A stretch of DNA of 63,142 nt, the filler included, from Chiloscyllium plagiosum (lineage: Eukaryota): assembly GCF_004010195.1 (NCBI RefSeq). It is 3 parts of one record of this genome, joined end to end, with 100 filler letters (N's around TTAATTAATTAA, not from the genome) between each part and the next. Parts side by side here need not be neighbours in the genome. Positions count along the whole stretch, not along the records: positions 25,267 to 57,241 come from NC_057710.1; 2 more parts are not named here. One strand, given 5' to 3'. Position numbers and translations under genes: made by a program. Positions 35,584-49,165 of the stretch are shown in pieces. A model generated the notes under the pieces. That model saw nothing but the letters and a program-made list of their open reading frames with translations, searched no databases and was not told the origin of the DNA. Every line of letters begins with the position of its first letter. Positions within the stretch are counted from its first letter, which is position 1.

Positions 35584-37029
35584 TGGAGCATAGGCCATCT
35601 AATGCAACACTGTACCACATGGGAATAGTCAATGTCACACTGTTTTTTATAGCAGTAGCCTGCTATATGGTAAGTTTAAAGATTGGTGTGAATATTACTG
35701 AATGGGCAAATGGGTGGATGAGTAGGGTGGGTGAAGTGGGTCAGGGTCAGGATTGCTGAGGCAGGGACATAGGCCTCGTTAATGCTTTCCAAAGTATTGA
35801 AGACCTGGGCCAATATTTGTGATGCAGTTCAACATCTTCAAATCATGACAACTTCACCTGGAGGAAATGATAAAATCTACCAAAGGGAAACGCATTCAAC
35901 TGTGGATGCAGTTGCGAAATTTATTAAGTCAAAAGTATTTGCTTTTGACTTCTCAAAGATAACAACATGCACAATTCAACTGACAGTAAAAGATAAAATT
36001 ACTCTGCAGCAGAAATTTCAGATCTCTTGAGTTACATTGGGAGGACCCTCACCGAGATTCGAGTGCTATGTTTTAATTATCTTCTTGGTAACAGTATGGT
36101 AACATCTTTTTGGAATGTGTACAGCTGGTTGTAGAGGAGTCCTGGGTTTTCATTACAGGCAACTGATAGTCCTCTTGGCCCATAAAGTAAAAAAAATCTT
36201 TGAGTCTCTTCTCATCCTCGCTTCCCTGCCGTATTTCCTTCATTGCAAGGCAAGGCAGGACTTCTGTGATCAGGCCATCAGTTACAATTGCAGTTGGGTC
36301 CCAGGAACATCATTGTGTCTTGACATGAATATGTAAACAAGAGGCTAAGAGACACTGATAATGCAGATAAAATTTGGAGCAGTGATTTCCTGACAGCTTC
36401 TTAACAGATAACAGATTAGCTGGAGAAGTTGCATAAAATTACATGTTGCCAATAACCCAGGTTTCCCAATACACTATCAGCACTAACAATTTAAGCAAAG
36501 AGTTAGTTTGAAACATAAAGGGAGATACAGAATAAAGAAAGACGGTTCACATGATTTTGTTTTAAGATGGTTCCCTGTAAGACTAATATCATTTCAGCTA
36601 TTAGCTTCGTTCTGCACAGTGAATACCCCACAGAGTGACATATTTCACAAAACTCATAACACAAGCTACAAGTAACCATTATTTTCATCACTCCTGACAA
36701 ATGGAGATGCTACCTGCCTATTGCTTCCAAATGAATGGAATAGTTAAATACATTACAAAACTGCTATTGTATTCACTGGGGAAGAATGATATTGTTATGA
36801 AACATTTAATCACCTAAAGGTACAATTTCATAAGGAAGTATTGTTATTGTCACTTTATATGGCCAGTAAGCAGACAGCAGTATTAGAAATCTGCTACACA
36901 CACGTTTATCGGAGGAGATTGCAATATTTTTATAATATTATGGGAGGATTCATCATTATTAAAAATACCTTCTTATTGCCATGATCACAGATCATAACCG
37001 CAGATCACCTATTGAATCCTCAATTCCAC

Positions 37030-37075
37030 CATATGTTTTTAAAACAGGAATGAGACAGCCAATTCTCTGGCTGTC

Positions 37076-37126
<51 letters not shown>

Positions 37127-37797
37127 TGGAATGTCACACCTTTTGAAGCATCAAGGAAGTTTCAAAGGAATGATCTGAAAGAAAGAAATCATCAACTGAA
37201 CTGTAATCTTCTGGAAGTAATCTCAGACAGAGAACATGACGAGATAAACAATTGTAGTCTGGATGTGAAAGATGGTTTGAGTCTTTGGGTCTTCCCTTTT
37301 CAAGTGTAAGACAGTTTGCCCCCTACCCCCATCCCCATACTAGGGATTATCCTTGTGAACCTTCTTTGAACTGTCTCCAATACAATGATATCTTTCCTTA
37401 AATAAGGGTTTAATAGCCACTGGGATGACTGTGACATTCTTCCATCTGCTTTTCATAGATGACTCGGACTGACCTGTATATCTATCTTTAACCCTTCCTT
37501 GTTTTGGGCTCACCGTTTATTCCTGTGTGTATACATGTTACATTATTGTTTCTTCTTGTGTTTCACAGCTAATAAACATTCTTTTTTTAAACGCAACAAA
37601 ACCAACTTATCTGGCTCCTTTTAAAACAAAATGAATTTGGCCTGGGAGAAAAATAACCACAATGGAGGGTATCCTTGCAAATTAACCTTGCTGTGACCGA
37701 CTGAGGGCGTAGCTTATTGAAGAAAGGGAGTCCATTCATCCCCCCCTCATGTGAAAGCTTGACAATTTGGGGTATTCTGTCTGGAAATGTAATAACA
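37030..37797 (+). mobile_element. Probable LTR relic with a PBS-like end
   Basis: AATAAA at ~37571, then ...GACA followed by ATTTGGGGTATTCTGTCTGGAA, resembling a degenerate tRNA-Pro PBS (TGGGGGCTCGTCCGGGAT). Left boundary uncertain. Confidence 0.4.
37078..37123 (+). repeat. (GA)23 microsatellite
   Basis: Pure GA run. Confidence 0.98.
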
Positions 37798-39384
37798 TTA
37801 AAACGTCACCTTTTCATAACACTGAGGGATAACAGAAAATTTAATGACAAAGAAAACAATCTGATCAAAGGGTCCAAAGAATATCACACAAGCTGCAGGA
37901 GGGAAGCTCAATTTGCTCAGAATTTTGATGGACGCCAGGGTGGAGTCACAACCATGCAATTACTGCAGAAAATAACTGTTTTATGTAACTGCAGAGTTAA
38001 TTTAGGTCTAGAAACAAGTTTTCTTCATTGTAAAATAGGGCTTACGTAGGTTGCTAATGCATCTGACTGGTTATGAGGGAATAATGTGGCCAGTATATTT
38101 CATTTTTATTTAACTGCATTTTGAAATGGTAAAATGACTTTCTGCCAGTAAGACTCAATCATTGGCAAGTCCAACACAAGAACAGTTTCTACTAAATAGC
38201 AAATTAATGGCAAATCAATGACTATGAATATAAAGAAAATAATCTCCCACCTGTCTTATGTGAACAATGCAACACTGGTACTAGAATCCCAGGATGGTAT
38301 TTGTTTGTAACTTCATTATCAAATACAAATCAAAACTCCTGGTCACAGTAATATATTTGGTTACATATCAACAATATAATATCAGTGACATCAAAATTCA
38401 AACAGTGGCAAAATTATTCTGGGAATGATATTCCATATTTGGAGGCTCCAGTACTCATTGTCGTTCTGCTCGATGGAAGTCCTTGCAACCAATAATTATA
38501 GTTAAACTCCATTAGTCCCTAAGACTGTATGTTCTTTAAAGAAGTTAACTTAATTTCAGCTCCATTAAGTCAACATATTTAAGTAATTAAGCTTGTCCTA
38601 AATAATTGACAGAAAAATAAATTCTATTTTTGTTATTTCAGAACTCGATCAGTCGCAACAATCTTAAAGTGGCATCAATCAGTCTCAAATAGATATCAGG
38701 TCAGGATACGAAATCTCACTGTCGTCTGGGGAAGTTTCAAGGTCCGAAAATAACTCAATCTTTCCGAATGTCACTGTTAAAGTAACACTTCAAAGCTAAA
38801 GCGGAAGTTTCAGTACCTCAGTGATGGCCACTTTTAAAGAAAAAATGGAGTTGCTGTTGTGTTCGATAATCAAACAGAAGAGTAGATGAAATCGTGCGCC
38901 AGCCTTCTTGTTGCAGACAGATTGAGGCAACACAATCTGAGAGAGTAACCTTGCAATCACCTCATGTGATATTGATAAATATTTAATATACTATGAAATG
39001 CCCTTATCCATTACTTTAATCCAATATGAATTAATATCATATACTGTAATACCCAAATGAAAATGAAGTGATTCAAAACAGGATCACATTGCCTTTCATT
39101 TCTCTTATTCTATGCTGCTTCGGAAGCCAACTTATTTTGAGCCCATCAAGGTCAGTGCTGATCAAGCAGAGAGAAAATAGAATATTACAACAATATATGG
39201 TCTTCTGATGATCCAGGTATTTTATACTTTTCATCTCCAAACAATGACATTGATTACATGTGAAGTTGGAGAATGTGGGTTAATGATAGTCCTTAGTTTA
39301 CATGCTAAGAGATAGAATTGGCTCAGCAATAGTATTTGTGTTTTTAGTCATAAAGCAATGGGTTCAAGTCCAATTTCTGAGACT

Positions 39385-40205
39385 TGAACAAATAAACTTC
39401 ATAAAGGAAAAGTCATGCCTGACACATTTATTAGAATTCTTTAAGGAGGTAACAAGAGGGAAAGATAATGGGGAATGCCTGCATATAATATCTCTGAATT
39501 TCCAAATTATAATTGTGAACATAAAGCTACTGAATAAGATAAGAGTCCATGGTTTTTGGGAGTACTGTATTAGTATGAATAAAGGATTACCTAACTAATG
39601 GAAAACAAAGTGTTAGGATAAGGGGGTCATTTTCTGGTTGGTAATCTGTAACTAATGGAGTGCCATAAGGATTAATGCCAGATCCACAATTAACTGCAAT
39701 GATATATTAGTGACATAGATGAGGAAAGTAAATGTGCTATTGACAAATTTGTAGTTGACACAAAAATAGGTGATAGAAATTACACTAAATGTGCACAAAG
39801 AGATATAGTCTGGTAAGGTGAGTATGCAAAAACTTGGCAGATTGAACGTAATGTGGGGAAATCTGAGGATATGTACCTTGGGAGGAATAATAGAGAGGTG
39901 GATAAATTGAAAAAGACTGCAGAAACCTGTAGCAAAGAGAAATTTGGGGGTCCTTGTGCATGAATCATGAAAGCATCCACGTTCGGTAAGTAACATGGAA
40001 GGCAAATTGGCCTTAAATACAAAGGTAATGGAGTATAAAGAACAAAGACTTTCTAAAGCTATATAAGGTTCTTTTTATGTCATACCTAGAAGAGTGTGAA
40101 CAGTTTGATTCCCTTAATCGGGGAAAAGATATACCAGCCTTGGAAACAGTCAAGAGAAGCTTCATTAGGTTGATTCCAGGTTTGGAGGGATTTTCTTATG
40201 AGTAG
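39385..40205 (+). mobile_element. Old CR1 RT fragment
   Basis: KSCLTHLLEFFKEVT in ORF 39302-39598; FVVDTK-like region at ~39747. Confidence 0.8.
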
Positions 40206-40335
40206 AACCACAGAGTCATACAGCACAGAAACAGACTCTTTGGTCCAACTAGTCCATGCTGACCAAGGTGCCCAAACTAAAGGAATCCCACTTGCCTGTG
40301 TTTGGCCCATATCCCTCTAAACTTTTCCTATTCAT
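40206..40335 (-). mobile_element. CR1 3' tail
   Basis: agagtcatacagcacagaaacagactc...ggcccatatccctctaaac. Confidence 0.8.
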
Positions 40336-40344
40336 ATACCCACA

Positions 40345-43180
40345 GATACGAGCTCAAGGCATGTAGGGGAACATGGGACTGAGACATCATAGCTACCACA
40401 GAAATATGAATGAGAGAGGAACAAGAGTAGCAACGCAATGTTTCGGGGTTTAGATGCTACAGGAAGGATAGAAAGGGAGGCAAGAGAGGAGGGGGAGTGG
40501 CGTTTGATTAAGGAAAACATGACTGCAGTACGTACAGACAATATTTCTGAGGGATCATCCAGTGAAGCTATATGGGTGGAATTCAGAACTAAGAATGGGA
40601 TGATCACCTTGATGGGATTGAACTATAACTCCCCCCCAATAGTCAGAGAGAAATTGAGGAGCAAATATGTTGATAAGTCTCAGATATATGAAAGAATAAT
40701 AGGGTTGTCATAGTAGAGGATTTTAACTTTCCAAATATTGACTGGGACTGCCATAGTGTGAAAGGCTTGGATGATGAGAAATTTGTTAAATATATTCAAG
40801 AAAACTTTACTTCCTCTTGGGTGATAAGGCAGAGCAAGTGACTGAAATGTTAGCGGGGGAACAGTTTGGAACCAGTGATCATAATTCTATTTCCATTTAT
40901 TATTTTCCATAAATAATTATGGAGTAGACTGCTGATAAAGGGCCGACTGGAATGTGGGAGGCTTTCAAAAGTGGGATGACGAGACTTCAGATGCATTATG
41001 TTCCTCTTAAGGTGAAGGGTGAAGCTGGTAAGAGTCATGGACAATGGATGAATAAAAATACAGAGGCTCTGGTCAAGAATAACAAGGAGGCATATGTTAG
41101 GTATAGGCGATGGGATCAAGCAATTCTCCTGAAGAGTATAAGGGGTGCAGGGCCATTCTCAAGAGGGAAATCAGGAGGGCTAGAAGGGGATATGAGATAG
41201 CCTTGATAGAGTGGTAGGAATTGGCCAAAGGGATTCTACAAATACATTAAGAGCAAGAGAGCAACTTTTTTTTTAAGGTTTTTTTTCATGGTGGCTCAGT
41301 GGTTAGCACTGCTGCCTCACAGCACAATGGACCCGTGTTCGATTCCAGCCTCAGGCGATTGTCTGTATGGAGTTTGCACATTCTCACCATGTCTGTGTGG
41401 GTTTCCTCCGGGTGCTCCAGTTTCCTCCCACAATCAAAAGATGTCCAGGTTAGGTGAATTGGCTATGCTAAATTGCTCATAGTGTTCAGGGATGTGTAGG
41501 TTAGGTGTATCAGTTAGGGGTAAATATAGGATAATAGAGTAGGGGAATGGGTCTGAGTAGGTTATTCTTAGGAGGGTCAGTGTGGACTCGTTGGGCTGAA
41601 GGGCCTGTTTCCAAACTGTAGGGATTCTATGATTCTATGAAGAGAAAATGGCTCCTGAAAGATCAATGAGGTTATCTATGTTTGGAACCACAGGATATAG
41701 GAGAGGTACTATAAGAATATATTGTATTGATCTATACTGTGGAGAAAGAAATAGAGGCTAAGGAACTTGGGAAAACAAATGTTGATGTCTTGAAAGCTGT
41801 CCACTTTACAGAAGAGGAACTGCTGGAGGTCTTCAAAAACATAAAGGTGGATAAATCTCTGGGATGTTGTGGGAAGTTCAGGAAGAAATCGTGGGGCTCC
41901 TAACAGAGATATTTGTATCATCTGAGGTCTCACAGGACTGGAGGGTGGCTAATGTTACACCTTTATTTAAATAAGGCTGTAAGGAGAAGCCTGGGAACTA
42001 TAGACCTATGAGTCTAAAATTAGTAGGTTGTTGGAGGTGATTCTGAAAGATTGGATTTACATGCATTTGGAGAGAAGATACCTGATTAATGATAGTTAGC
42101 ATGGCTTTGTGCTTGGGACGTCATGTCTCATAAACTTGATAGAGTTTTTTGAGGATGTAACCTCAAATGATGAGGGCAGAGCAGTAGACATTGTCTACAT
42201 GGACTTTAGTAAAGCCTTTGACAAGGTTCCGCACTGTAGATTTATGAGTAAAGTTAGATCATATGGAATTCAGGGAGATCTGATAGACGGTGGTGGTGGA
42301 ACTTTTGGACTGGAGACCTGTGACCAGCGGTGTTCCACAGGAATCGGTACTGGGCCCGCTTCTGTTTGTCATTTATACAAATGATTTGGATAAGAATTTA
42401 GGATGCATAATTTGCAAATGTCACCAAAATTGGTGGCATAATGGACAGTGAAGAACTTTAGTGAAGATAAAAAAATGGTTCTTGATCAGATGGGTCAATG
42501 GGCTAAGGTGTGGCAGATGGAGTTTAATTTGGATAAATATGGGGTATTGCATTTTGGTAAAACAAACAAAGACAGGACTTATACACTTAATGGTAGGGCC
42601 CTGGATAGTGTTTTCGAGCAGAGACACCTAGAGGTTCAGGTACATAGTTCTTTGAAAATTGCATCACAATTAGATAGGGTGATTAAGAAGGCATTTAGCA
42701 TATTTGCTCAGACCTCTGAGTATAGAAGTTGGAACATCATGTTGAATGTATATAGGACAATGGTCAGGCTACTTGCCAGTCCGGTTTGGGATTTGGAAGA
42801 ATGAAACATACAAGATTTGTAAATGGCTCGTTGGTGTAGATGCAGAGAGACTGTTTCCCCTTGTGGAAGAATCTCAGACCAGAGGGAATGATCTGAGAAT
42901 AACGGGCCAAAGTATATTTGGCAAAGATGTGGAGAAATTTCTCCCGAGGGAGAATGAATCTGTGGCATTCTTTATCACCAAGAGCTGTACAGACTAGATT
43001 GTCAAGTGTACTCATGGCTGAGACAGACAGATTTTTAATCTGTAAGAGAATCAAGGATTCTGGAGAAATGGCAGGAAAATGGAGTTCAGGATTATAAGAT
43101 TGACCATGATCTGATTAAATATCAAAGCAGATCCGATGGGGTCAATGGCTTGTTTCTGCTCCTACCTCTTATGATTTTAT
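40345..43180 (+). mobile_element. Decayed CR1 ORF2 (endonuclease + RT), SINE-interrupted, ending in a CR1 3' end
   Basis: SSEAIWVE (40438 ORF), WEAFKS (40952), SCLINLIEFF..MDFSKAFDKVPH (42109), WQMEFN...LHFG (42448). The 3' piece from ~42780 may be a separate copy. Confidence 0.9.
41288..41640 (+). mobile_element. HE1 V-SINE, (ATTCTATG)n tail
   Basis: tggctcagtggttagcac A-box, gttcgattcc B-box, V-domain, octamer tail. Confidence 0.93.
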
Positions 43181-43991
43181 CTAATACTGGCTGATTTTAT
43201 TTGCTAACATCCTAGGCCCTAAGTTCTACAATTTCATCTGTATACCCCTTTGGCTCTTGACCTCACTTTCCTCCTTTGAAAACTTTTATATCTTTGAGCA
43301 TCTGACCAAAATTGTGGCTAAATGGCTCATTTGTTTTCTGATGCTCCAATGAAGTGCTGTGGGATATTTCATTACAGTGAAGGGTGCTATAGAAATATGT
43401 TGTTGTTGTAACATAGCTGAACTGACATCAAAGGATAGGAAATTTAAGCCAGTGAGATATGATACAGTTATAGAGCAGAAGGAGAATTTGCCTGGGAGCA
43501 GAGAATCCAGGAGATAGCACCTATACAGTTCATCACTCTGACAACTTCGAAGCTAACACAATCTTCCCTAGGGAAGTCCAGGTACAGTTCAATCACGACA
43601 GACTGCAAGGAAATTGGGACATTGGTAACATAAATCCTAAAAACTTCAGTATTACAAATGTACAGAAATTAATCTTATTCAATATACTGCTTACTATTGT
43701 TAAATTGCCAACTAACACATCTAAACTTAAACCACAGTCTGATCAATTGTAAATTCATCATTAAGCAGTTAAAGGTAAATTACTGTGAAATAAGTGATCT
43801 ACGTTTGTTACCTGTTACTTATTTTTCTAATTAATTGCTGTTCATTGTTTAAGTTAGTGTTGTTCTGTATGATTTTAAAGGTATACAAATAATTGTGAGC
43901 CCCTGCCTTTGTTTTCTGATTTTTTTGCTCAATGGTAAGAAAGAGCTAACTCAGTAACTTGTGCAGATGTCAAGAGGAGGTTGGTGCAGTA

Positions 43992-44210
43992 AAAGGTAAA
44001 GGGAATGTCACCATGGTCATGTTCTCTCCTTACAGAGAGACAGAAAGGAAGACTGGTGATGGTTTAACCTGAGGGTCAGTATACCTCGGGTGAGGGAAGA
44101 GGTTGGGAAGGTACATTCTTCTTGGCAACTTCAGCTGGTGTGGGAATCAATCTCACAATATTGGCATCACTCTGCATCACAAACCAGCTATCCGACTGAG
44201 CTAACTGACC
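43992..44210 (-). mobile_element. tRNA-derived SINE with an RTE-type (ACCTTT) tail
   Basis: Reverse complement starts ggtcagttagctcagtcgg (A-box), has a B-box-like gattgattccc, and ends ...ctttaccttt. Confidence 0.65.
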
Positions 44211-44249
44211 ACCCCACAGTCAAAGCTAACAAAATTCAAACTAATTAAA

Positions 44250-45703
44250 ACATAGAGCAGAAACCAGAACAACACAGGGGAACAAGCCCTATGGCCTACC
44301 AAGCCTATGCCAACCATGATGCCATTCTAAAATAATCCATGTGTCTGCACATGGTTCATATCTCTCTATTCTCTGCCTGTTCACGTATCTGCCTAAATGC
44401 CTCTTAACCATTGCTATTGTATCTGCTTTTACCACCTCCTCTGGCATTGCGTCCTGAGTAGCCCCAATGTAAAAGACTTGCCTTACACGTCTTCCTTAAA
44501 CTTTCCGCTCTCACCTTAAACCTATGCCCCCTAGTATTTGGCACTTACACCCTGGGAACAAAGATCAAATACTCACCCAGTCTCTCACAATTTCATATGC
44601 TTCTATCAGGTTGCCTGTCAGCATCTGACGCTCTTGCAAAAAGAATACAAGTTTTGCAAAAAGAATACAAGTTTGTGCAATCTCTTCTTGTAGCTAATAC
44701 ACTCCAGTCCAGGCGCCATCCTGGTAAACCTCTTCTTCACTCTTTCCAAATCCTCCACATCCTTTCGATACTGCGGTGACCTGAACTACACACAGTATTC
44801 CAAATGGGGCCTGACTAAAGTCCGATACAATTGCAATGACTTGTATGCTGTATGCCTTCTTTACCAACTTACTCACTTGTGTTGCCACTGTCAGGGAGCT
44901 ATGGACTTGGACTCAAGATCCTTATATATATCAATACTCCTAGAGTCTGGCTATTTACAGTACACTCTCCTCTTAGTCTCCCAAAATACATCACCTCACG
45001 CTAGTCTGGATTAAACTCCATCTGCCACTTCTACACCTAACATTCCAGCTGATCGATATCTGCAGCCTTTGAAATGAGATGTTCTGTCAAAACACATCCC
45101 TCCACAACTATCCTCTATCTTCTCTGGCTTAGCCAGTTTTATATCCAATTTGCCAACTCATCATGGAGTCCATGCGATTTGATCTTCAAGACTAGGGACT
45201 GTGTCAAATGTTTTAGTAAAGTTCAGGTAGATATCATCTTCTGCCTTACCCTTAATTAATCATCTTTGTCACTTCCTCAAAAACTCAATCAAATTTGTGA
45301 GACAAGACCTCCTCCACATAAAGCCATGTGGACTATCCTTAATAGGTCAATTTTTTAGCAAGTGAGAGTAAATCTGTCCCTAAGAATAATTCCCCTACCA
45401 CTGATACAAGGCTTACCAGCCTATAACTTCCTGAATTACCTCTGTTACCATTCTTGAACAAAGGAACATGACTGGCTATTCTCCAGTCTTTTGGGACCCC
45501 ATCTGTGGCTGAAGAGGATACGAAGATCTTTATCAAGGTCACAGCAATCTCTTCACTTGCCTCCTTTATTACCCTGCATAGACCCCATCAGGCCCTGAGG
45601 ACTTATCTATTTTAGTGCTTTTCAAGACACTCAACCCCTCCTTTCTCTTAATATTAAAATGCCCCGAGTATCAATATATCTCTCCGTAAAGTTACCATTG
45701 TCC
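44250..45703 (-). mobile_element. CR1 host copy, RT/3' half
   Basis: ORF 45339-45542(-) VPKDWRIA..PLFK.G.....YRLVSLVSVVG. Tail at ~44250-44300. Confidence 0.88.
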
Positions 45704-48097
45704 AAGCGAGAACAATGGAGGGTAATTGTTGGGGACTTTAACTTCCCCAATATTGACTGGGAGTACTAAAGTTTAAGTGCTTTAGATGGGTCAGTTTTTG
45801 TCCAATGTGTGCAGGAGGGTTTTCTGACACAGTATGTAGACAGACCAACAAAGGGCGAGGCCATATTGGATTTGGTACTGGGGAATGAACCTGGATTTGG
45901 AGGTAGGTGAGCACTTTGGCAATAGTGACCACAATTCAGTTATGTTCACAATAACAATGGGCAGGGATAGGTATATACCGCAGGGGAAGAGGCAATTATG
46001 ATGTGATTAGGCAATATTTAGGATGCATAGGATGGGGACGGAAATGACAGGGGATGCACACACTTGAAATATGGAGCTTTTTCAAGGAAGAGCTACTGCG
46101 GGTCCTTGATAAGTATATACCCATCAGGTAGGGAGGTCATTATCGAGAGAGGGAGCCATGGTTTACTAAAGAAGTTGAAGCTCCTGTCAAGAGAAAGAAG
46201 AATGCTTATGTGAGGATGAGGTGTGAAAGCTCAGTTGGGGGCTTGAGAGTTATAGGTTAGCCAGAAACGATCTAAAGAGAGGGCTAAGAAGAGCCAGCAG
46301 GGGACATGAGAAGTTGTTGGTGGATAGGATCAACAAAAACCCTAAGGCCTTTTATAGGTATGTCAGGAATAAAAGAATGACTAGAGTAAGATTAGACCCA
46401 ATCAAATATAGTAGTGGAAAGTTGTGTGTGGAATTTGAGGACATGGGGAAGCACTTAATGAATACTTATTGCCAGTATTCACACTGGAAAAGGGCAATGT
46501 TAATGAGAATATGGAGGTAAAGGCTATTACATTAGATGGGATTGAGGTTGACAAAGACAAGAGTTTAGCAATTTTGGAAGATCTGAAAATAGATAAGACC
46601 CCTGGGCCGGATGGGATTTATCCTCAGATTCTGTGGGAAGCCAGAGAGGAGATTGCAGAACCTTTAGCTTCAGTCTTTGTCATCCTTGTCGACAGGAGTA
46701 GTGCCAGGAGTAGTGCTCCCTTGTTGAAGAAGGGGAGTCGGGACAATCCTGGTAATTATGGGCCAGTGAGCCTTACTTCAGTTGTGGGTAAGGTTTTAGA
46801 AAAGGTTATAAGAGATAGGATTTATAATCATCTGGAAAGGAATAAGTTGATTAGGGATAGTCAACATGGTTTTATGAAGGGTAGGTCGTGCTCACAAACC
46901 TAATTGAGTTCTTTAAGATGATGACCAAGCAGGTGGATGAGGGTAAAGTGATTGATGTGGTGTATGTGGATTTTAGTAAGGTATTTGATAAGGTTCCACA
47001 TGGTAGGGTATTGCACAAAATACAGAGTTTCGGGACTGAAGGTGATTTAGCAGTTTGGATCAGAAATTGGCTAGCTGAAAGAAGACAGAGTGTGGTGTTT
47101 GATGGGAAATGTTCATCCTGGAGCTCAGTTACCAGTGGCGTGCCGCAAGGATCTGTTTTGGGGCCACTGATATTTGTCATTTTTATAAATGAGCTGGATA
47201 TCAGCGTAGAAAAATAGCTTAGTAAATTTGCGGATGACACTAAGGTAGGCAGAGGTGTGGATAGTGCCGAAGGATATTGTGGGTTACAGAGGTATCTAGA
47301 TGGGAGATAGATGCAGAGCTGGGCTGAGAAGTGGCAAGTGGAGTTTAATGCAGAAAAGTGTTACTTCAGAAGAAGTAACAGGAATGCTGAGTACTAAGCT
47401 AATGTTAAAATCCTTGGCAGTGTAGATGAACAGAGAGATCTCGGTATCCAGGTGCATAAATCCCAGAAAGTTGCCACCCAGGTTAATAGGATTGTTAAGA
47501 AAGATATAGTGTGTTGGTGTTTATTGGTAGGGGGACTGAGTTTCGGAGCCACGAGGTCATGCTTCAACTGTACAAGACACTGGTAAGGCTACACCTGGAG
47601 TATTGCGTGTAGTTCTGGCCACCACATAATAGGAAGGTTATGGAAGCTTTGGAAAGGGTTCACAGGAGATTTATTAGGATGTTACCTGGTATAGAAAGAA
47701 GGTTTTATGAGGAAAGGCTGAGGGAACTGAAGCTGTTTTTGTTGGAGAGAAGAAGGTTGAGAGGTGACTTAATTGAGATGTATAAGATAATCAGTAGGTT
47801 TAATAGGGTGGACAGTGAGAGCCTTTTTCCTTGGATGATGAAGGCTAACACGAGGGGACATAGCTTTAAATAGAGGGGTGATAGATTTAGGATTGATATT
47901 AAGGGTAGTTTCTTCACTCAGAGAGTAGTAGGGGCCTGTCTGCAACAGTAATAGACTGCCAACATTAAGAGCATTTAAATGGATAATAATGGAACGATGT
48001 AGGTTAGATGGGCATTGGATTAATTTCACAATTGGTGCAACATTGAGGACTGAAGGGCCTGTAGTGCGCTGTAACGTTTTATGTTCTATGTTCTATG
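45704..48097 (+). mobile_element. CR1 LINE (5'-truncated, ~2.4 kb) nested in opposite orientation
   Basis: Starts at the endonuclease GDFNFP (~45730). RT ORFs at 46469-46903 and 46888-47217 ([10 protein letters not shown]), FADD at ~47227, C-terminal ORF 47640-47873, (TTCTATG)n tail. Confidence 0.95.
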
Positions 48098-49165
48098 TCT
48101 TACTCCTTGGTGAATACCATTGTGAAGTACTCAGTAAGGTCCTCACCCACTTCCTCTGGCTCCAAGCATAAATTCCCTTTGTCCTTGAGCAGACCTACCT
48201 TTTCCCTAGTTACCCTCTTGCTCCTAATATACGTATAACTTGCCTTGGGATTTTCCTTAATCCTACTTGCCAAGGACATTTCGTGGCCTCTTCTAGCCCT
48301 CCTAATTTATTTTTAAAATTATTTTCTGCTTCCTTCAGGGGCCTTGTTTGATTCTATTTCCTAACCCTTACATATGTTTCCTTTTCTCTTTCTAACTAAA
48401 CTTACAACAATTTGTGTCATCAAAGGTTCCCGAATCTTGCCATCCTTATTGTTCATCCTCACAGAAACATGCTGGTCCCAAACCCTGGTCAACTAGCTTT
48501 TAAAAGTCTCCCACACGCCAGATGTGCAATTTATTCAAACAGCTAACCCCAATCCAATTTTTCCAGTTTCTGCCTGAAACTGTTGTGATTCGCCTTCCCT
48601 CAATTTACCACTTACATCTGAGGACAAGTCCTAATCTTTTCCATAACTATCCCAAAACTTATGGAATTATGATCACTGTCCCCAAAATGCTTCCCAACTA
48701 AACCTATGATCACCTGACCAGGCTCATAACCCAGCACAAGGTCTAATACATCCCCTTCCCCTCGTTGGATTATCTACATATTATTTCAAAATCCCTTCCG
48801 GATGCACCAACAAATTCTATCCTGGGCCTTAGGGAGTTCCAGTAAATATTGGGGAAACTAAAATTGCCCACTACAACAACCATTTTGCTTTTACATCTTT
48901 CCATGGTCTGCCTACATATCTGTTCCTCTTCTCCGCCCCCCCCCCCCGGCTATTGGGAGGCCTGTAGTAAAACTCCATAAAATGATTGCATCTTTCTTAT
49001 TCCTGAGTTCTACCCATATGGCTTCGCTGGATGAGCCCTCCAAGATGTCATCTCTCAGTGCAGCTGTGACATTTTCCTTAATGGGTAATGCAACCCCTCT
49101 ACCCTACTTACATCCCCATCGTGCCTGAAACATCTAAACCCTGTAAAACTGAGCTGCCAGTCCTA
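48098..49165 (-). mobile_element. CR1 host copy, endonuclease half
   Basis: Continues colinearly from 45703 and is homologous to 24360-25160. Confidence 0.85.

Noticed and set aside
44634..44673. 20-bp tandem duplication in CR1
   Set aside because: An ordinary slippage-type duplication in a dead repeat.
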